From the human T2T-CHM13v2.0 reference genome, Homo sapiens, in NCBI RefSeq assembly GCF_009914755.1, contig NC_060925.1: DNA of 64,000 bases. One strand, 5' to 3'. Position numbers and translations under genes: made by a program. The notes beneath the pieces are model-generated. The model saw only the letters and a program-made list of their open reading frames with translations, had not been told where the DNA came from and did not search any database. This document shows positions 57,586-64,000 of the stretch, piece after piece (position 1 is the first letter of the stretch; every line of letters begins with the position of its first letter).

Positions 57586-57799
57586 TTTAACTAGCAATTT
57601 AATCAAATTCAGTCTAATGTAATCCTTATGGAAGGCAATTTGACAATGCTTATCCTAATTAAAAATCTACCTATCCTTTAAGCCAGCAATTCTTTTTCTA
57701 GGAATTTATCCTTACAGATTATACTTGCACATGCGTAAAATCACTTTTGTACAAGAATATTCATCATCATGGCATTGTTTATAATAATGGGTAATACTA

Positions 57800-58105
57800 G
57801 GCTGGGCGCGGTGTCTCACGCCTGTAATCCCAGCAGTTTGGGAGGCCAAGGCGGGTGGATCACGAGGTCAGATTGAGACCATCCTGGCTAACACGGTGAA
57901 ACCCCGTCTCAACTAAAAAAATACAAAAAATTAGCCGGGTGTGGTGGCAGGCGCCTGTAGTCTCAGCTACTCAGGAGGCTGAGGCAGGAGAATGGTGTGA
58001 ACCCAGGAGGCAGAGCTTGCAGTGAGCCGAGATCACACCACTGCACTCCAGCCTGGGTGACAGAGCAAGACTCTGTCTCAAAAAAATTCAAAATAAATAA
58101 ATAAA
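57800..58105 (+). mobile_element. AluY with (TAAA)n tail
   Basis: GGCTAACACGGTGAAACC, GAATGGTGTGAACC, GAGCTTGCAG; TSD GGGTAATACT at 57789 and 58110. Confidence 0.93.
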
Positions 58106-58254
58106 TAAAGGGTAATACTGAAAACAACTATAACTATACATAAACTCTATATACCAAAAACTGGTTCAATAAATTGTAGCACATTTTCATAATGAAATAC
58201 TATGCAATTATCATCTTAAAAATAAGGCAGGACTTAAATTACTTACATATAGCA

Positions 58255-58506
58255 ATAAAGTATAGTGGCTGGGAGCAAAGGCTCCAGAACCAGATTGTCG
58301 CTATATGAACCCAGCGCTACTTATTGTCTTGCTTGGGGCAGGTTACATAACCTTTGTCTTCCAATGTTTCTTCATCCATAAAATGGGGATAAAATATTAT
58401 TTCTCTCATATAGTTATAATAATTAAGTAAAAAACTTTGTTTGTAAATATCCTTCAAAGAGTGCCTGGCACATAGTAAGTGCTCTAAAAATATTAGGTAT
58501 TATTAT
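58255..58506 (+). mobile_element. MIR (near full length)
   Basis: TTTCTTCATCCATAAAATGGGGATAAAAT...AGTGCCTGGCACATAGTAAGTGCTC...TATTATTATT. Confidence 0.8.
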
Positions 58507-58645
58507 TCTCTACAAAATAACATGTTCGGTGAAAAAAAGCAGGACTTCAAAAAATATAGAGAGTATGCTAATATTAAAGCATTGAAAAAAGGAATATATA
58601 AATGCACATACTTGTATATGAATATAATATATATGGAAGTATATA

Positions 58646-58882
58646 CAGTCATCCTCCAGTATATGCAAGGAATTGGTTCCAGGACCCCAGAGTAACCAAA
58701 ATCTGTGCATACTCCAGTCCCTCAGGCAGCGTTGCAGAAAATGCTTACGTGAAAATTCGGCTCTTTATATATGCAGGTTTCAAATCCTATGAATACTGTA
58801 TTTTCAGTATGCTTTTAGTTGAAAAACTCTGCATATAAGTAAACCCACACAGTTCAAACCTGTGTTGTTCAAGGTTCAATTG
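58646..58882. mobile_element. MER8 (TcMar-Tigger MITE)
   Basis: TA|CAGTCATCCTCC...ATTGGTTCCAGGACCCC...CAGTTCAAACCTGTGTTGTTCAAGGTTCAATTG|TA; 237 bp with TA TSD. Confidence 0.85.
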
Positions 58883-59024
58883 TACGAAAAACTAATATCA
58901 TTGGTTATCTCCAGGGTAATTGGAAGGGAACTGGATACCTGTACAGGAAAGGGAGGAAGCTTCCTTTTCCTCATAGGCCATTTGTTAATTTCTGGATTTT
59001 GTTCAATGTTAATTTTTTAAAATC

Positions 59025-60078
<1,054 letters not shown>

Positions 60079-60846
60079 AATTTATTTTTTAAATATTTAC
60101 AGTACAGAAGGCTTATAAAATTTGTTTAAAGTTGTATTCTCTCAATATTATTTGTCTACAAAACACTTTTTTTTAAGAAACACCTAAAAATCATCTAGTA
60201 TTACAAGGAACATCATTTTGGAAACATTGCTGTAGGGCTTAGAGAGTCATTGAGATTTGCAGAAGGGAATGACATTCAGGATCCTTCTTTTTTTTTAATG
60301 GTGTTTCTTTTGGATGTGATTGATGACATTTTTAAATGAAATACCCAAGCTTGAAATGCAATTATTTCATAGCATAAGCACACAAGAGAAAACTAGTTTT
60401 AGAAGGCACAGAAGGTTTTATTTTCAAGAATAAAACCCAAAACACAAATACAGTTTTTGTCAGCAACAAGATATTTATTCACCTAACTCTGTAACATGTC
60501 ACAGTCCTAGCAGAACTACATAGCCATATTTTCCTTCGCCAAATCAAACGTTTTCCCAGAGCAGCTCAGCCTAGGAGCACTTAAACTGGATTCCAATTTC
60601 CCAGATAGACAGCCCTTTAATGCAGGCTCTCCCAAGATCTCTCACCTCTTCTCTACTCCCCACCCAGAGACTGCCACTCTAGCTTGTACGTTATTGTATG
60701 AGAGAGGCAGGTTCTAAACACAGAAAGAATGAGAATTTTGACCAAAAACCCACAGGTAGTAAAATGAGCCAAGGTCATCCACAGGCAATGTGTCTTGAGG
60801 AGCCTGTGACCACAATAGCATACTTCTGCAGGAAACATGGAGGTCC

Positions 60847-61143
60847 TTTGTTTGTTTGAGACAGACTGTCACTCTCTCACCCAGGCTGGAGTGCAAGTGG
60901 CGCAATCTCGGCTCACTGCAACCTCTGCCTCATGGGTTCAAGCAATTCTCACGATTAAGCCTCCTGAGTAGCTGGGGTTACAGGCGTGCACACCACCATG
61001 CCCAATTGATTCTTGTATTTTTTGGTAGAGACAGGGTTTCACCATGTTGCCCAGGCTGGTCTCAAACTCCTGGCCTCAAGTGATCTGCCAGCCTCGGCCT
61101 GCCAAAATGGTGGGATTACAGCTGTGAGGCACTACGCCCAGCC
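60847..61143 (-). mobile_element. Older Alu (AluJb/Sz-like)
   Basis: ATGTTGCCCAGGCTGG, CTCCTGGCCTCAAGTGATC; diverged dimeric Alu. Confidence 0.88.
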
Positions 61144-61859
61144 TGTCCTCCCTCTTTAAACACTTATCAGTAACAGCACACATCAGCTTCATGACCTCCA
61201 AGAATCTCTCAAGATTAAAACTTTAATCATTCTAGAAATGTAGATGTATGTTAGTAAGAAGGCATTTGTTTTCTATTTAGTTAAAAGTTTTGAACTCTGA
61301 AGTATCCTTGCTGGGTATTTCATCATTTACAATGAAAGTGAAAAATAAATTATGTCAGTCCTTATGTCAATGTTTGCTACACTGTTCATACTACAGCAAA
61401 TGTTAACAGATGTTCAGGTAAATAGGGTATCAATGATCACATTTTGGAAAGACTGGATGAAGCAACAATGGTCCATTTTCATTAATACCAGACTTCTCAA
61501 AACCTTAAAAATGCTCATGCTTATTGTGACTCTCTCAGAGAGGAACAGAGCATAAAGTGCTCTCACAACCATTAGTAACTCTCAGACGAGTGTTCAATAG
61601 CAAGCAATTTGGGGAATAATTCCCTGGTGAAACAAGGACAGCTTTTAAAATTGAAAACCAAGCATGCATATTAAAGTGCATGCAATCCTGCTTTTCTCAG
61701 TAGCCTAGACTGAAGTCATTATTTATTAAGTACATATTAGGCACAAATTACTACAATGAACACCTAATTCCCTTAGAGCCAAGATGTGCACGCCACCTAT
61801 TCAAGTAAACACCAATCTCCAATTAGGTTAAGAATAATGAATAGTATTAAGAATCAATT

Positions 61860-62290
61860 AGATAAGAACTGTTTGTAGTGCTCTTAACTTCATCCCAGAC
61901 ACTATGTTGAGCATTACAGATATGCTGGACAAAATAGACATTATCTGTGTCTTAAATAGCTTACAGCCTTATAATGCATATAGATATTAAATGAACAATT
62001 TCAATTAATTAAATGATTGCAAGTCTGCAAAGGAAAAGTACAGAATGCAAGGAAAACAAAATGGGGTCCTAACTAAGTTTGGGGGATCAAGGAATGCTTC
62101 TCTGAAGAAGAGTCATCTCAAGCTGACACTTAGTTGAAAATTTCCAGGAAAAGATGAGAAAGAACACCCTCAGCAGAAGAAATTGCATTTGGGAAGACAT
62201 GGCACATTCATCAGGTTGGAATAAGTCCAATATGACTGGAGTATGCAGAAGGAAAGACAAAGTGATGCAAAATGTAAAATGAGGCCAGCC
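61860..62290 (-). mobile_element. L2 fragment
   Basis: GGGGATCAAGGAATGCTTCTCTGAAGAAGAGTCATCTCAAGCTGA and GCAGAAGAAATTGCATTTG antisense L2 motifs. Confidence 0.55.
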
Positions 62291-62392
62291 CCCTCTCTCT
62301 GGAATTGGCATGTTGCCAGCAGCTATACAGAAGGAAAGACAAAAGAGTGGCATTACCTGTCCTCAAGAAACTCAAGAGGCAATTATAAAAGT

Positions 62393-64000
<1,608 letters not shown>

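Noticed and set aside
57576-57602. Possible fold-back (TAAATTGTT...AGCAATTTA) at the truncated L1PA end
   Set aside because: Only about 8 paired AT-rich bases; compatible with chance.
61397-61417. 21-nt plus-strand microexon candidate (CAG|CAAATG...TTCAG|GTAAAT)
   Set aside because: Weak pyrimidine tract, suboptimal donor and no partner exons or recognisable peptide.
62246-62343. 16-bp direct repeat CAGAAGGAAAGACAAA 82 bp apart
   Set aside because: Purine-rich low-complexity word; the enclosed sequence has no poly-A or element hallmark.

Overview
This is primate (most likely human) genomic DNA made almost entirely of nested transposable elements; no host protein-coding gene can be supported. 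Main content: two LTR12/ERV9 solo LTRs in convergent orientation (5833-7225 +, 19320-21937 -), a full-length L1PB1-like LINE (10548-17510 -), an old L1M1/L1MA host (19263-34210 +) carrying nested LTR12, Alu, MLT2A2, a full-length L1PA4/L1PA3 (25953-32120 -, open ORF0) and an inverted L1PA, a full-length L1PB3/4 (34260-47505 -) interrupted by a complete HERV-L provirus (37410-43960 +, open dUTPase-like frame), plus Alus, MaLR/ERV solo LTRs, MIR, L2 and DNA-transposon fossils. Nearly all ORFs in the track are TE fragments or chance ORFs. I found no convincing new gene system. The most interesting signals are fossil non-canonical insertion/repair junctions: an L1 whose 5' end carries a 119-bp inverted copy of its own target LTR12, a tail-less L1PA3 5'UTR cassette inside another L1, an L1PA patch replacing L1PB sequence, and three short fold-back palindromes replacing L1 consensus. 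Subfamily names are from recalled consensus features and need RepeatMasker/Dfam confirmation.
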